This document shows, one piece after another, positions 62,468-64,000 of a DNA stretch of 64,000 nt. The notes under the pieces were generated by a model. The model made no database searches and was not told the DNA's origin. It worked only from the letters and a program-made list of their open reading frames with translations. The number at the start of each line of letters is the position of its first letter. Within the stretch, counting starts at the first letter, position 1. Source of the stretch: Aplysia californica (lineage: Eukaryota); assembly GCF_000002075.1 (NCBI RefSeq), contig NW_004798181.1, positions 184,133 through 248,132 of the forward strand. The letters are read 5' to 3'. Made by a program: the position numbers and the translations under genes.

Positions 62468-63056
62468 CTGTGGGAGACACAGAAAATCTCTGGAAAAACA
62501 AGACTCAGCACAGAGTAGAACTAGACTTCTCATCTGTAACACAAAAAGATACAGAAGGTCATTCTTGCCATCATCCATGACAATTCTTCCATCTTAATCA
62601 TCTGGTGACAAGTATCCATATGACCTTAGAGCATGCATCAGAATCCCATTGAGTTACAGTCAGAATACTGAGGAAATATCTAGCTTAATAGTATCATTGT
62701 TTCTATTACTGTTCATTTATATCATGCATGCGACTGTAAGTCTGTCTGTGAGTGCAAGCATACTGTGCGTGTGTGAGTGTGTGTGTGTGAGGGTGTGTAT
62801 GTGTGTGTGTACGTGGTGAAACACCAAACCAATGAGCCAGGATCTGGACCATAAAGATGTATCTTGTCTTGCTATCCATGGCTCGGGTCATCCGGTACAC
62901 ATGACTAGAAACAAAGAACAGAAGGCACGAGATGGTAAGAAGGAAGCGAGGGGGGAAGAGACAGGAAGCGAGGGGGGAACAGACAGGAAGCGAGGGGGGA
63001 AGAGACAGGAAGCGAGGGGGGAACAGACAGGAAGCAAAAGTGACCAACATATTTAC

Positions 63057-63167
63057 CTGTTCCTGGACCTGATGCATCTTGGACAGGGCCTGGACATCAA
63101 AAGGATTTTCCTGTAACTTCCTCACAGCTTGAAGTCTCTCCGATATAATGGAGCCAATGTCGATTTT
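63057..63167 (-). CDS. SON: SON exon; model join 63167-63057,62467-62348,57907-57760,56704-56630,55310-55195; 5' exons beyond the window, last exon not seen
   Basis: ttccag|KIDIGSIISERLQAVRKLQENPFDVQALSKMHQVQEQ|gtaaat. Confidence 0.88.
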
Positions 63168-63844
63168 CTGGAATGTGAAAAATCAAGGAACGATTCAGGC
63201 GAGTCATGCATCTTCAAAACATGCTGCTGTTTGGGTTAAAAAAAAATCAATTGTAAACTTTCTAATTCTGTTACAGATGCTTGAAAACCTTACATCATCT
63301 GTCGTAACGACATGCTCCGTCTCCTTCCCCTTTCTCTCCTTCCAACAGAATGGCGCAGAGCGTGTCGTTTTCACATTTTCACCACCACTAATTTCCTACA
63401 CAATCCTGTCCACTCCTTCTCATCTGTTTACAATATAGGTCAAGTTAAAAACAGACATTTCCTTTCTTCACGAGAATTTGACACTTGAAGGAGTATTTGT
63501 TTTTAAAGCAGCATCGGTAGTCTAGTGATTAGGCTACCGGACCGGTAATCATGAGCTTGGGGGTCCAGGGTTCCATCCTCAGCTCCGACCGATGTTGTGT
63601 CCTTGGAAAAGGCTATTTCCACGAATTTTCTATCTGGCTTGGTCCTTCTGGAGATGGATGTAAACTTCGGGGGTCCCACCTCTTCAACAAGCTAAAGGTG
63701 TTGATAAAAGCATTACTCTACACCATTTCATATTTTCAATGTCCGCACGTTGTGTCGCTAATAGTTTTGGATCTAGAATCAGAGTCACGTTCTAAATCAA
63801 GACTTCATCAAATTCCTCAACAATACACAAACTTTTCCTGCATT

Positions 63845-64000
63845 CAATCTCACTATCCACTTGGCCCGTGCTGTCCATCTCACTGTCCACTTGGCCCGTG
63901 CTGTCCATCTCACTATCTACTTGGCCCATGCTGTCCATCTCACTATCTACTTAGCCCATGCTGTCCATCTCACTGTCCACTTGGCCCATGCTGTCCATCT
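63845..64000. repeat. 30-bp minisatellite running off the window
   Basis: CTGTCCATCTCACT[A/G]TC[C/T]ACTTGGCCC[A/G]TG units. Confidence 0.9.

Overview
Eukaryotic, intron-rich, repeat-rich draft scaffold with many N gaps. It is probably from a gastropod mollusc (inference from the repeat content and a gastropod-type chemoreceptor-like exon). Host genes reconstructed by hand from GT-AG exons: (1) the first 8 coding exons of CDC16/APC6 (minus strand, 29053 to 1286; the gene continues off the left edge); (2) three 3' exons of an ABCC/MRP transporter (plus); (3) two exons of a STEAP-like oxidoreductase lying between the ABCC exons (plus); (4) one exon of a rhodopsin-class GPCR (plus); (5) five 3' exons of SON with G-patch and dsRBD (minus). 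The most notable region is the 18.8 kb first intron of CDC16, a nest of DNA transposons. It holds an intact, spliced 791-aa pogo-family transposase with a C-terminal PHD finger, a nearly intact THAP/P-element transposase, a Tol2-like hAT element (8-bp TSD), a Merlin-like MITE (8-bp TSD, with an empty-site paralog in the window) and a piggyBac MITE. Other oddities: retroelement insertions that duplicate or split splice acceptors, and a LINE whose RT coding sequence has been serially amplified into minisatellites. Most short ORFs in the track are translations of repeats or gaps.
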